NCBI RefSeq assembly: GCF_009914755.1
Contig: NC_060930.1
DNA: 64,000 nt
Direction: 5' to 3' (one strand)
From: the human T2T-CHM13v2.0 reference genome, Homo sapiens
Shown here: one piece after another, positions 43,780 to 56,749 of the stretch
Position numbering within the stretch: position 1 is the stretch's first letter
Layout of the letters: every line of letters starts with the position of its first letter
The notes under the pieces: model-generated
Databases searched by the model: none
What the model was told of the DNA's origin: nothing
The model's input: the letters and a program-made list of their open reading frames with translations, nothing else
Made by a program: the position numbers and the translations under genes

Positions 43780-44590
43780 CTAGCAAGACTTCTTCTAGAG
43801 TGGCAAAGGGAGGACATTCCTCAAAAAAAAAATAAGAAAAACGCTAGCAAAAAGTGTTAAAATTGATGTTTTCAGGATTATAAAAACTAACCAAAGGCTT
43901 CCAACAACCTAAGAGTGTTTATTGTAGAAAAATGACTGAATTTGGAGCAGTGTGGTTTGTGTCCATTAAACTTGGCCTACTACCATTACCTTCTCTACAA
44001 CTCTATGGTAGCTTCAAAATCCAGCAGCTTGACTGGTGCAGTGGCTCACACCTGTAATCCCAGCACTTCAGGAGGCTGAGGCAGGAAGATCATGTGGGGT
44101 CAGGAGATCGAGACCAGCCTGGCCAACATGGTGAAACACCATCTCTACTAAAAATACAAAAATTAGCCAGGCATGGTGGCGCACACCTGTAGTCCCAGCT
44201 ATTAGGGAGGCTGAGGCAGGAGGATCGCTTGAACCTAGGAAGCAGAGGTTGTAGCGAGCCAACATTGTGCCACTGCACTCCAGCCTGGGCAACAGAGTGT
44301 GACTCTTTCTCAAAAAAAAAAAAAAGAAAAAGAAAAAGAGTAAAGAAAAGAAATCCAGCTGCCTTGCATGCTCTGGAGAAAGCAGACTGGATTTGGGACT
44401 TTTCAAAAAATCCTATTCCATAGCATTGTCACTTAGAATCTGTCTGATAGCTCTATAGAAATGCCCATTCCCAGGTTATTGTTGTTGTCAGACTAAATGA
44501 AATCCAGCTCCATGGAAAAAGCCTATCCCCAGAGTATTTGTCAAAAATAATCAATGGCAATATTTTCTTATCACAGCTGCTTTGGCTAAA
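43780..44590 (+). mobile_element. Old L1M 5' region fragment interrupted by an Alu
   Basis: aactaaccaaaggcttccaacaacct..gagtgtttatt..agaaaaatgactgaat resembles ancient L1 5'UTR. Confidence 0.5.
44031..44350 (+). mobile_element. Full-length Alu (AluS/J-like)
   Basis: Dimeric Alu with A/GAAAA tail; TSD aaatccagcagctt / aaatccagctgcctt. Confidence 0.95.
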
Positions 44591-44599
44591 GCGATGTAT

Positions 44600-44845
44600 T
44601 TGCCTTATTTGGGCATCTTGTAATGAGGTAATGAGGCATTTCCCTTAATTGGTCATGGTGTGATGAACTGGCTGCCTGTGATTGGCTGAACCCTGCCTGT
44701 TTGTGATTAGCTGAAGCTCGGCTGTTTTTTGGAGACTTAAATCAGGTTTTGGTTTGTTTATGTATTAAGTTAGTCTGCAGTTTGTTACATAAAAACTGTA
44801 CGTATGAAGGCAGCCTCAAGTCAAATTTAATTCTGCATGCAACAT
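44600..44845 (-). mobile_element. ERV1 LTR fragment (MER57/MER67-like)
   Basis: gtgattggctga duplicated CCAAT-like boxes; ends gcctcaagtcaaatttaatt...aaca. Family uncertain. Confidence 0.5.
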
Positions 44846-44894
44846 ACATTTTAATAAACAAAAACTCCACAACATTAATAACTAAAATTAAATA

Positions 44895-45258
44895 CAGACA
44901 ATTTCCATCTTACAATGGTTTGACTTATGATTTTTTTACGTTAGAATTGTACAAAAGTGGTGTGCATTCAGTAGAACAGTACTTCAAGTATCATTCAACC
45001 ATTCTGTTATTCTGTTTTTCACTTTCATTGTAATTACATTTTCATTTTCAGTATTTTATTATGCAATAAGCTTTGTATTAGAGGATTTTGCCCAATGCTA
45101 TGCTAATATAAATATTTTGAGCACATTTAAGACAGGATAAGCTAAGCAATGATATTCATTATGTTATGTATTAAATGCATTTTTGAGTTACAATATTTTC
45201 AACTTACAATGAGTTTATAAGGTTGTAAGCCTGTTCTTCATAAGTCAAGAAGCATCTG
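44895..45258. mobile_element. MER47A-like TcMar-Tigger MITE
   Basis: caga...cttacaatggtttgacttatg ... taagtcaagaagcatctg, with TA on both sides (44893-44894, 45259-45260). Confidence 0.85.
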
Positions 45259-45305
45259 TACACTCAACTAACATATAATGAAAATAATGCAGACATATCC
45301 CAAAA

Positions 45306-45799
45306 TAGAGGCTCAGCCTGGGAAGTTTCTTGGCTTCACTCAGGAAACAATTCAAGAGCGAGCCAACAGTGAAAGAAAGCAAGTTTATTAGAGCAACAGT
45401 GTACAGCAAAATGGCTATTCCACAGACAGGGCAGGGTTATACTATAGGCAGAGTGCTCCAGGGTAGCCCTCAAAAATTACTGACTACCTATATTTATACC
45501 CACTCAATTATATACTTAATTAAGAAGTGGGTTATTCACGAACTTTCTGGAAAAGGAATGGGGAGTTCCCTGAACCATGTAAGGCAACTTCTGGGTTGTG
45601 GCCATGGCATTTCTAAAACATCACGTAGCTGGTGGGAGCATCTTATGCAAATGCAAATAAGCAGTGACAGTAACTAGAGGTCACTTTCATCACCATCTTG
45701 GTTCTAGCTGGCTTTGCTGGTTTCTTTGCTACATCCTCTCTTGATAAGCAGGGTCATAACTAAGGCTCAGAAAACAAGTTCTGCTGATCTCCTACCTCA
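45306..45799 (-). mobile_element. ERV1 solo LTR (MER66-like)
   Basis: Reverse strand begins tgaggtaggagatcagcagaacttgttttctg; minus-strand AATAAA (tttatt) near 45385. Confidence 0.7.
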
Positions 45800-46330
45800 A
45801 AAATGGATACAGACATAGAATGAGATAGACAGAAGACTGTCTCCAAGAAATAATATCACCTCTTTCGTCCAATATAGAAATAAGCAAGAGACTTATTTAG
45901 ATATGACAAGATGAAACATCCTAAAATCAATCTACAAAGTCAGAAATTCATGTAATAAGGTATTTGTTATGCCCTCATTATGTGCTACAAGATGGAAAAG
46001 CAGACTCCAATTAGATGCAGTCCCAGTCTGTTAAGACTTGCAATCAGAAGGAATAAATACATAAATCAATAATTCTAATACATTTGATCAATTAGAGTGT
46101 TCAATGTAGCACAATAGAGAAAGGAAAAAGTGGTCCATTGTGTTTATGGTATAAGAAAAGTTTTTAAAGACAAGGTGGAAACATGAATTCACTGAGAAGA
46201 ATGAAACTAGAGGAATATTTTAGGCAGTAGAGATAATATGAACTAACTTATAGAAAAAAGAAAAAAATTATCATGCTCAAGAAACTGAAAGTTATTAGTT
46301 ATGCTCACAGTAAAGCAGAAGGCATGGTGT

Positions 46331-46887
46331 TATTAGGGAAACAGGAACTTGGGAGGGCCAGGCTGACACCATTTAAAAATCAACTCCATTTTAAACTAGC
46401 AAGGCACATTTCTTGCTAATCATGACCCATGGTCCTAAGATGTTTACTGCTAAGAGAGTAGTTTAATAATGTCTGCAAGGACAAACCCCTATGACAACAA
46501 AATGTACCGATGATCTAATATTGCATAATAATTTATGTTTTTAAGATGATTATAGTCATACTTTGTTGTACTTACACACTAAAATGCCAAGAATAACTTT
46601 CTTTAAATCAACAAAGTACTAAATGTTATGTTGTCAACCCACCAGCATGTAGACATAATGTAAAGTAGCTTTTACATAGACAAGACCCCTAGATAAGAAG
46701 TGTTTAAAAAAAAAAAGATGGTGGGTGCTTCCTTTTGCTTTCTGAGGATGCCCTACTATGTATCTGAGTAGCTTTCAATAAACTAGCTCTTTTCACTGCA
46801 CTCTGTGACTTGCCTTAGATTCCTTCCTGTGTGAAATCCAAGAATTCTCTCTTGGGATAGGGATCAGAACCCCTTTTTCTGACAACT
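46331..46887 (+). mobile_element. MER41-group ERV1 5' LTR
   Basis: ttagggaaacagg...tgacaccatttaaaaatcaactccatttt...caataaac...gtgaaatccaagaattctctcttggg..ggatcaga.ccctttt. Confidence 0.8.
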
Positions 46888-49800
46888 TCTTCCTGGCAAT
46901 ACCACAAAGGGATTTTAAGATGAGGCCCTAGGCTGGGGAAATTCAGTTTGCAGCAGAAATTGGCCACCTCTGGTAAGTAGGATCTGGGTGAGCGCACTTT
47001 GTTGTCTCTTCCCTTCCCTTTCTTGTCCCTTTTTCTTGTTGCAATGCACTTAGCCTTCTGATCCCCAGGAGACACAAGGATACCATGTTCCTTTATATTC
47101 TGTGGAGACTAGGGATTAGAGCTCCCTGCCCAGAGTTGTTGGATCCTTTGGGCTGTGTCTGCTAGGGAGCCTGGCCTTGTAGGATCTCCCAGGTTGGCCA
47201 CCACCTTGTTGCACAATATTTTTTGGCCTTTAGAGGTATCAGGTTACAATGTTGCTCTGATGGATAAACTGAGGCTCAGAGGGATATTTGCCAGAACGTA
47301 CTGCTTCTTGATCCCCGTGTCTCTTTTTTTGGCTGCATATTTGCTGTCTGTGCCTCACTAGTGATGCGCATCACCCTGAAATTTATACCTATCATTTTCT
47401 TTCTGGTTTTGATGATTTTTATTCTTTGGATTGCTTAATTGGTATCTCTCTGGACAGCATTGGAGGCCAAAAGCCTTCCGGGATCTAGTTTCATGGAGTA
47501 AAAACATAATTTTATCTAATTCAGAAATTATCTAAGGTCAATTAAGTTATGGACTCAAAAATGGTTATTTATGAGACAAGGTAGAAAGGAACCAATATGT
47601 AGGGGAGAGAGAGATATGAAGAAAATTATGAATATAAAGATGTATTTTTTGTAAGGAAAGTTATGAAGAAAAGAGAATAATTTTGTATGAAAAAGGGTCT
47701 TATATGGTAAACTGTTGTATTAAATTAAAACAACTGATAAGTTAAGAGAGACAAAATTTAGAACAACTCAGAAAGTCCAAGCATGTTGTAGGTAGCCCGT
47801 GTAAGTTATGATAAGGCTTGTGAAGGAGAATTTATAAAAGGAATTTGTATGTGATTAAGTTGATTATAATTAAAAGGAAATCATTTATAATAGCTTTTGT
47901 AAGATTGGTCTCCTACGTAAAACCAGATTTTTCAAGGTATTGATTTGCTCTCAACAAAATTACAAGAAATTTTACTTTTAATTTTAAAAGCTTTCTCTTT
48001 TAAAAACTTCTCAGAATCATATGTCAGAAGTTCAACTTTGTCTGTGTCTCACTGCTTTCAGCGTATTTTCCCCTTGAAAAGACCTAAAATGACAACTCTC
48101 TCTTTCAAGTTTTTCATCAGCCCCTGTAATGTTTTTTCCTCTGGTTCTAACTGTTGTTATGGCCTGATGCTGTAATATTTTATCTTGAAGGTCAAACAAA
48201 AAAGCAACGTTTTCCTCTAGCATAACTTGATTCTCTACTCTTGGCTTTTCTTGATATATCTAAATTTTCAATGTAATCAGAAAACTCATGCTGTTCTTAA
48301 GAGTCACATAATCCCCTGCTATACTCATAACCTTGAAAACACTCTTCCTGTGTCTGATTAAATCAAGCACTTTTTTCACCAAGTTTGACTTCCAGATTAT
48401 ATAAATGGGCTTTCCTTAAGGAGAAGCAGTCACAGTGCAAAATATTTTTTTGTTTTGCCATTTTGGTAACTGGCTTTAGAAACAAGATTTTATAATTATT
48501 ATGCCGTCTTAATTAGGTTTTTAGTTGCCAAATTTTAAGATTTAAAAGAGTTAAGGATTTTACGTCTATTGCCTTTCAAAGTCATTTTGATTATCACTTC
48601 AATAAAATGAGTAAGTATTATTTCACAATGACCTGTGATTCTCTTTTAATCAAATGTTTGGGTCTTTTAACATCTTTAATAAATGTTCCCAAAATCAAAA
48701 TCCTAAATTAGTCTCTGACTTATTTTTTTATTGCTGGGACTTTTTAAAACTATAAAAAATACTCACTGCAATGTTGTAGAATCATTTTACAGCTTCCAGT
48801 CAGACCATGAACTCCAGTATTACCACTCCCAGCCTGATAATTACATATACTGAAAAAAATCAAAGGACTCCCTCCAGCCCCCTTGAAAATGTCTTTATCA
48901 GGTGCTATTAACAAATCCTTGTGCTGTTAAGCTACAGGGCTTCAACTCCTGAGTACGTATATCTCATCTAAAGAAGGCATTAACTCCTGTCAGTTTCTAA
49001 CACCAAATTCAAGTTAAACAAACTTCATCTTCAGATTCAGGCAAAAGCGACAATCAAAATAAACAGCTTTCATGAGACACATGGTCAGGCTTGTATTCAA
49101 AAGCATTAAGATTCATTTAATAATGTTGCCTTTATCTGAAATAATATAATTTATGCTATGCCTTGATACTGAATAATTTAAATGTTTAACTCATTTCCTG
49201 TCATTCTTAAAACTAGGCAGGACTTATTAGCTTTTTATTTAAAATATTGTTAATTCCTCATGTTTTAGCTCCAGAATTTGAAACTATTCAATCCCTCCAG
49301 AACTAGAGACTATCGCATTGTAAGGGCCAGTTTTGAGGGCTAAAATTAATTCAGACCCTCCAAATCAAGGATTGGCACACAAATACCTCAATAGCTGAAC
49401 AAAATGCTGGTGTTTTGTATAGCTACTTGCTTTAAGCCAAGATTACAGTAGCTCAATACATAGAATTTATAGATAAGTTAATTTTACAACCTTGCATTTT
49501 GGCTTTTGGTTTTTGGTTCTTATGTCGCTTAAAAGAGATTTTAAATTAATTACTGCCTGCCCTCCTCTATTTGCATCTGGCCTAGAGCATTTAATTGGCT
49601 ATAAGTCTTTTGACTCTAAGTCTCTTCACCATAGGGTTCCCACCAAGAGATATGGTGGACCTGGGGCAGGTAGCACACCACCCTCACATCACTATGGAAC
49701 AAAATAAAAGCTTGGCAATGTATACTGCCTCTGGCATGTCTTAACTAAAAAGCAGAAATATAAACTAAAATAAATAAAAATAAACTAATTAACCTTAATC

Positions 49801-50500
49801 ACTCCTCCTCCTACAGAATGTACCCACCTCTTGGACAAAGGGAATTAAAAAAAAAATTGAGAAACTAGTTGAGGCCATGACAGGAAGCAGGGTCTGATGG
49901 GGGGAGGATACACCTCCTATACCTTCCCCCCAACTTGAAAATAAGGCACAATTGATCAGCATTAACATTAAAACATAAATCATAAGACTTTCAGAACAGA
50001 CTCCTTATGGCAATAAGATACCAAATTATAAACAGGATCTAAGACCATATCAGGCAAGGGTTGAGTCTCCACCCCAACATAAACAAAGTCATATTTCACA
50101 TGCATGTTTGTTCAATATAGATGTATAAAAACCACCTTCATAAATATTGATAGTTCTCCTGTTCAACCAGGAGACTTAGTCTTATTAAAAACTTGAAAAG
50201 AAGGATCCCCTGTAGATCACAAAAATGGAAGGGCCCCTATCAGGTATTGTTAAGCACCCCTATTGCTGTTGAACTTCAGAGAATCACTAGCTGGGTACAC
50301 CTATTCAAGATTAAACCTGTGTCTTATGAGTCCCAGCAGACTCCTGAGAAAGACAAGAAGACCTACACTTGTGAACCCTTAGAAGACCTAAGGCTGTTGT
50401 TTTGCAAATAAACAGATAAGTAACATCCCAAGTCTTTTTTACTGGTACTCAACATTCTTAATGACTCCCATCTATGGATGTCTGGTATTATGTAGTAAGG
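46888..50500 (+). mobile_element. MER4/MER41-group ERV1 internal region; 3' LTR not seen
   Basis: PBS-like tggcaataccacaaaggga directly after the LTR; splice donor ctctg|gtaagt near 46972; AT-rich MER4-group-type body; integrase remnant near the end. Confidence 0.75.
50150..50411 (+). pseudogene. ERV1 pol integrase C-terminal remnant
   Basis: QPGDLVLLK followed by KWKGPYQVLLSTPIAVELQRITSWVH..IKP...YTCEPLEDLRLLF, the gamma-like integrase GPY/F module. Confidence 0.88.
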
Positions 50501-50504
50501 ACTG

Positions 50505-52332
50505 GCATGAGGTGACATCTTTGCCTTGTTCCTGATCTTAGGGAAAAAAATCAACTAACTTCTCACTGTTAAGTATGATGTTAGCTGTTGGGCTTTTTAG
50601 GCATTTATTATCAAATTTAGTTTGTCTTCTATTCCTAGTTGTCTGAGAATTTTTATTGTGAACGGATGTTGGATGTTTTAAAATTATGTTTGCATCTATT
50701 GCTATGGTGATAATTTTTCTTATTTACCCTGTTAATATGATGGGTTATATTACTTAAATTTTTAATGCTAAATCAGTCTTGCATAACTATTATTAATACT
50801 ACTTGGTCATTGCATATAATTTTTTACATACACTGATGGACTTGATCATATTTTGTTATCGATTTTTGCATCTATGTTTATAACATATATTGATTTCTTT
50901 TAATGTCTTTATCTTGGTTCGAGGATAACACTGAATTCATAGAATTACTTAGAAAATGTTCTTCTGCTTCTATTTTCTGGAAGAGAATATAGGGGATCGG
51001 AATATTTTTCTAATTAAATATTTGACATAATTTACCAAGGAAGCCATATAGAACTGGTACTTTATGTTTTTTTTAAATGTTATTTATTGGTGACTCAATT
51101 TCATTAGAAGACATAGGTCTAATCTATTTGTCTGTTTCTCTTTATGTGAGTTTTGAAGCTTGTGTATTTTTTTTAAATTATCTTTCTTCTAAGTTACCAA
51201 ATTTGTGGATAGTGAGTAGGTTATAGTGTTCTTTTATTTATTGGCTATGATAGGAATAGTTATAACTACTCTTTAATTTTTGACATTAGTACACCTTGTG
51301 TTTTCTTTTTCTTTTATCCCTAGTTAGCTTGGCTAGAAGTTTGTCAATTTTATTGTTCTTTTCAAAGAACCAGCTTTAGGTTTCATTAAATTTTGTTTTT
51401 TCTGTTTTCATTACCATTTATTTCTCCTCTGATTTATACTATTTATTCTACTTTATTTATGCTTAAATTGTTCTTTTTAGTCTCCTAAAGTATAAGTTTA
51501 AACTATTCATTTTAAACATAACTTCTTTTCAAATATATGCAATTGATGATATAAATTTATAAGTTCTGCTTTCACTGCAAAACAAAAACATAGAGAATTT
51601 GTCACTAACATTTCTAACTGGATACTGTTGATGTGGGAGTAGAAGTGGGAAAAAAAATCTATAGTCTTCTGATAACATCTCAGTCTCTTAGTGGGTCTGA
51701 CATCTTTGAGTTTGATTCTCACAGTATTTACAAGATTTTTTTCTGTCCCTCTCTCATACTTAAGACAGGAAAGATGGAGGAGGTTATACCCGGGTAATTG
51801 CCCTTCTGTCTGTGTAACACAGGGTTCTGGAAAAGTCTTTTTGACTAGACAGTAGGCATTTGTTACAGAGAATGTATTTAGTATATTTTGAAATGGTTTA
51901 TTTTCCTTTCTCCATGCCAAAGACACAAAGTGTAATTTCTTGGTTTTTCACCTTTGAGAACCTGGTAGGATTCCTACAGGTAAAAGCCAAGATAGCTCAT
52001 AGTCCTCTTCTTATGACTATGACCTAAGTAGTTTCTCACTCTCAACCTACTCTACCCTTAGCCTTTAGCAATGTGTTAAAATTGCTCTTTGAGTGTGTCT
52101 TCCAGTTTATAGTTCCAATGGCTTCTTATCTAGTTAAACTAACCTTGGTTATTTTTTCTCCGTATTTGCCTGCCTCTTCAGATTTCAGGATACTGTTTTG
52201 CCTTTTAACCTCAGTTTTCTAATGGTTCCAAAAACAGTTGTTAATATTTAACTTATTCAGCTTTTTTCCTTGTTGTAAGGATGGAAGTGATTACTTCCAA
52301 ACTCGTTGCCTGTTGGAACTTAAACCAGAAGT
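50505..52332 (-). mobile_element. Old L1M fragments (ORF2 RT region and 5' end)
   Basis: ttgccttgttcctgatcttaggg...gttaagtatgatgttagctgt...; ttttcaaagaaccagcttt; 5'-end-like ttgtaaggatggaagtgattacttccaa...accagaagt. Confidence 0.75.
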
Positions 52333-52544
52333 TAACAGTAGATATTTTAATTCTGATGTACTCCAATTTGTAATGTTTTGGTTTTTATTGATTATACTTC
52401 TAGTGTTCTTCTTAACATATCTTTGCCTAAACCAAGGTCACAGAGATATTCTATGATTTTATAAGCACTATAATTTTATATTTAACATTTAGTGTTCTTT
52501 TTTAATCTAATTCTCTATAAAGTTATTAGGCTTCCTTAAAAGTT

Positions 52545-53400
52545 TAATCTGGAGATTACTCATGTTATTCCACTGAATTATATTAGTTAAAATAAGTCAC
52601 AAGCCCTATCCAGCTTTATGGAGAAAGTGCTACACATGTGTTAGAATGTAGGAGGCTATGGTTCATCAGGCACCATTAATACAACAAACAACCAGAATCT
52701 GACCTCTTGTGCTGAATGATTTATATCCTTCACACATGCAAAATATGTTTATCTTTCCAGATGCCCAAAAGTCTCATCTCATGATTTATGCCATTATCCT
52801 GGAACTTGAGATGCAGGATATCATTATCTAACTCAGTTCCAGAGTGGATAAGAGTCCTCTGGATCAGCTTTTCTCAATCTGAACAGGGTGGAATGGGGTG
52901 AGCATGAGGGAGACAACCTGTGCCCAACACAGCCAACATACAAGAGTGAGAGAGGGAGAAGTTAACTTCAAAAGACATGGCCATCAGAAAAATAAACAAA
53001 TGGGAGGCATTTCATAGTCAAAATTTATAGACATTTAAAATCCAGCCAATCACAGGTCCTTGATTAACACTCAATTCTATTCCTTGTGAGTGGTTCTTCA
53101 TGTATTTTTTTGGTAAGTCATCCAAGTTCTTAGTTTTTTCCTCCTAAGCTAGTCTTCATTTGCCGTAAAAACTATTTTTGTTTGAAGATGAGGTTTCTAT
53201 AAGTTTGTCCTGTCCATAGAAGATTTCAAGTCCAATGGCATCTTTTAACTTTGAAATGTATGAATCATTTTTAATCTAAGTGGTACAATTACTTAAAAAA
53301 AAAAACGTTGTGGACTTCCTATGTACTTGATTATAATTAACTCCATTATGGATCAAAGAGAACATAGTCACAGATTTCTATGAAACAGGCTGCTCTCTAC
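52545..53400 (-). mobile_element. Degraded MLT1 LTR plus internal region (ERVL-MaLR)
   Basis: aagtcacaagccc..ccag...; ccttcacacatgcaaaatat..., cccaaaagtctcatc are typical of the MaLR LTR/int junction. Confidence 0.55.
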
Positions 53401-55759
53401 TTCAGTCTGTCAGTATTGGTGCTAGAAGCCAACACTCAGACTGTTCTTACAAACCTGTTATTACATATTCTTAAGATAAACCCTGCAAATCACATTTAGA
53501 GTTGACCATTACTTCTACAACACAGCTACTATTTGTTAATTAATAACAATTGTAATGTTCTTTTTTGTATTGTTTTACTGGCCTAACAAGAATAGTTTCT
53601 AGTTAAGGGCAAGAAAATAAATTGTTACTTAATAAGTAGAACTGAGACCTTTACTGTCTAAGTTTATAATAAAATAATCAAGTCATGCATTTAACCTCTA
53701 AAATGTCAGTTGAAACGAATGAAATCAAAACAAACTGTGAATCCTATAAATAAACACATTAATGGCTCATCTCAGAGTCAACAGGAACTTTAGAAATGAA
53801 TGACAACACCTGATTATACATTACTAAAATGAAAGTCTTCTCTTGCTCTGTTGGGCAAAACAGTGCATAACTCCAATTTTCACAAATATTTTATTTAAAG
53901 GAGTCATACTGTGTTTACAATTATTTCATAATTTTCTAGCTCAATTGCATGCTGTGACTTAAATATAAGTGTGGACTAATGGAAAAAATAAAGGGGAGAA
54001 AAAAATTCTACCACATTATTACAAAACCCCAGAAATAAGCATAAATGAAACTTTACACTATATTTCATTATCAATTTTTCTTTTATTTTAATGTAAAAAT
54101 AATGTTTCCCCTGAGTCTAAATGGATTGTCAAAACTGCATATATTGAAGACACCTTACTTAATCCTTTTTCAGACAATGATAATTTCAGTGTTTAGTTAA
54201 ATTAATACCAAGAATATGAAAATATTTGTAAAAAGCCATTTTAGCATGTATCTATGAAATATAATCTAGCATATATTTTATTAATATGGATATTATACAA
54301 ATAAATTAACATTATTTTTATTCTAATAGATGCTTTTATCTGAAAACAAAACCACAACATTCAGTATTCAATTTTAAATGTTTTTAAGAAAAAAAAAGAA
54401 GACATTTTATATGTTTATTTATGTTTATAGTAAAATAAGATTTTGGAATATATGTCATTTTTAAGAGAGAATACTACTAAGTAATAAAATACAAATGTCT
54501 TTTTTTATGGAGATTCAGCAAGTTTCAGGGGGTCACTACAGAGGGCTCTTTCAGAATTGCTGTTTGTAATGATAAATTTTAATAGCATCTACATATAGAA
54601 ACTATTAAAGCAAAAGAGAAAAACAAGTCAACACTGGTTTAAAGAGAGCCATTATTAATGACTGCTTGACTAAGTTATGTGACTCCTGAATAATGGTAAG
54701 TTCACTTTACTCCATAAAATACGTAAGCTTTCTTATAAAATAAATAGGCTCTGATTTAATCATCTTTAATGTTTTCCATATGGCAGATACCACATTCTGA
54801 ATATTCTTCTTACTGCTCTGGCTTGATAAGCCTATTTGGTTGTATCTATGAGGCCATACCAATACCACATTGCTAATAATTGGAGAAAACTTGTATTTAA
54901 CATTCCTGAATAAAATATGTTCTATCACAGTTTATTCTCCGATTTTCTAATTAATGCTGAGAATGAACGGTTTTAGACCCTATTAGTCAATTCTTATTCT
55001 ACACAAACCACTCCTCTATGAGGTCTCTCTGGGAAATAAATGTTCAAAATATAAGGTCATGTAGATTAATATAATTTTGGATTAAACTTTGACCCCTAGT
55101 TTTTATATATTCATTTGGGATAAACAGATAATCATATTTTCCATATTTTTCATTCCATATTCAAGATGACAGTCAGGCCAGAGAGTAGAGTTTTATCTGT
55201 GACTTAAGGAAGTGTTAATTTGAGCTCTCACTCTATGTCTTTCTAGATTTTATCTGGAATGGGAGGAAGATATCTGAAGACTGAATTAAAGATATAAAAG
55301 AGAAAAAAATAAAGAGAAGTTTGGCAAGCCCTGATTAGGAAGCAGTCATAATCTAGTAACAATCAATGACTTATTTTTCCAAAGTCATAAAACCAAATCA
55401 GAGATAATGGCTAGGAAATATCTACCCTTTAGCATGGTAGTCTATGAAAAATCTGAAAAAAGACCATTGAACTTAAGAATTATACTTACGGAACTTGTCA
55501 ACCAACCTCGTACAAACATCTCTATCATAAATAATTTTATTAGACACTATTTCTGGACAATCAAAGGGCTAAAAAAGAGGATTGTTTAATATTTTTAAAA
55601 ATTATTCATGAATGTTGTAATTCTCAAAAAGAATGACCATTTGCTCTATGCAAATTATTGGGATAGATGCTATGGTCTAAAAACAAGGCACTTATATTTT
55701 CAGATATTATAGGCTATATGGAATAATGCAATATGCATAAAAACAAATAATAGAATATG

Positions 55760-55930
55760 TATTATTTCATTTGATGCTCACAGCAATCCTAAAATAGTAA
55801 GCTATTATTTTCAAATTTTACAAAATAGAAAACTGAGGTTAGTAGGTGTTAAGTAATATATCCAAAAATCACATAAGTGATCAAAACTAAAACTTTGTAA
55901 TAACAGATTTCAAGGTCTTATCTATTACAT
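55760..55930 (-). mobile_element. MIR SINE
   Basis: ttcatttgatgctcacagcaatcct...ttttacaaaatagaaaactgaggtt...ttaagtaa. Confidence 0.75.
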
Positions 55931-56749
55931 AAGCTAATTTTCTACACGAATGTAATGAAAAGAAAGAGTTTCCAGTGGAAATGCTCTTGAATTATTTAAC
56001 TCAAACAAAAATTGTGCTTATTCAAAATGAAAATAAAAATTATAGCTTTCACTTTCTACAAATTAGGAAAAGATACATTTAAGAAGAAATAATTAATGCG
56101 ATTGAAATAGCCTAATATATGGATATCTGGATAATTTTAAAAACACAGTTAATACTTCTTATTTCATTACAATATATCTTCGAAAATGGAGTTTTTATAT
56201 TTTTCTCCAACAAAAACAAAATACAAAAACAAACCACGTTTCACCAAACTAGCAGCTTGTACTTATTGACATTAATATGAAATTGATATGTAACTTTAAA
56301 ATTACATTTTTAAGCCCATGTGACATTTCTATTATATTTTATTTAAATCTATAAAATAAAATACCCTTTAATCAGTTTGACAAGTTATGAGTATTTAATT
56401 TTTATTATAGATGGCATACAATAAATACAAATATTTATTTTTAATTACCTGCTGTTGAGAAGGTTTTATTAGATAAAGTAAGATGTGTAAGGAAATAGGT
56501 GTATTATCTCTTGAACAATTCCAAAAGCTGCCATTTATTATATTCCTCTTCACTGCAAGATCACTATAGAGATAAATAGCAATAGGACATATTTATTGAC
56601 AATGAAAAATGACACAGAGTCACAGATTTACTTACAATAAAGATACAGAAAAAATCAGGGCAGTGTATACATTAGTTATCAGCAATATTTTTGTGACAGA
56701 TGAAGTACAAACTTATGTTTTTAGTATTCAGAGGTCAAGAGGGTTGAAC

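Noticed and set aside
46331-46887. MER41 as an interferon-gamma/STAT1 enhancer
   Set aside because: That role is described mainly for MER41B. I did not see its tandem GAS motifs in this divergent LTR.
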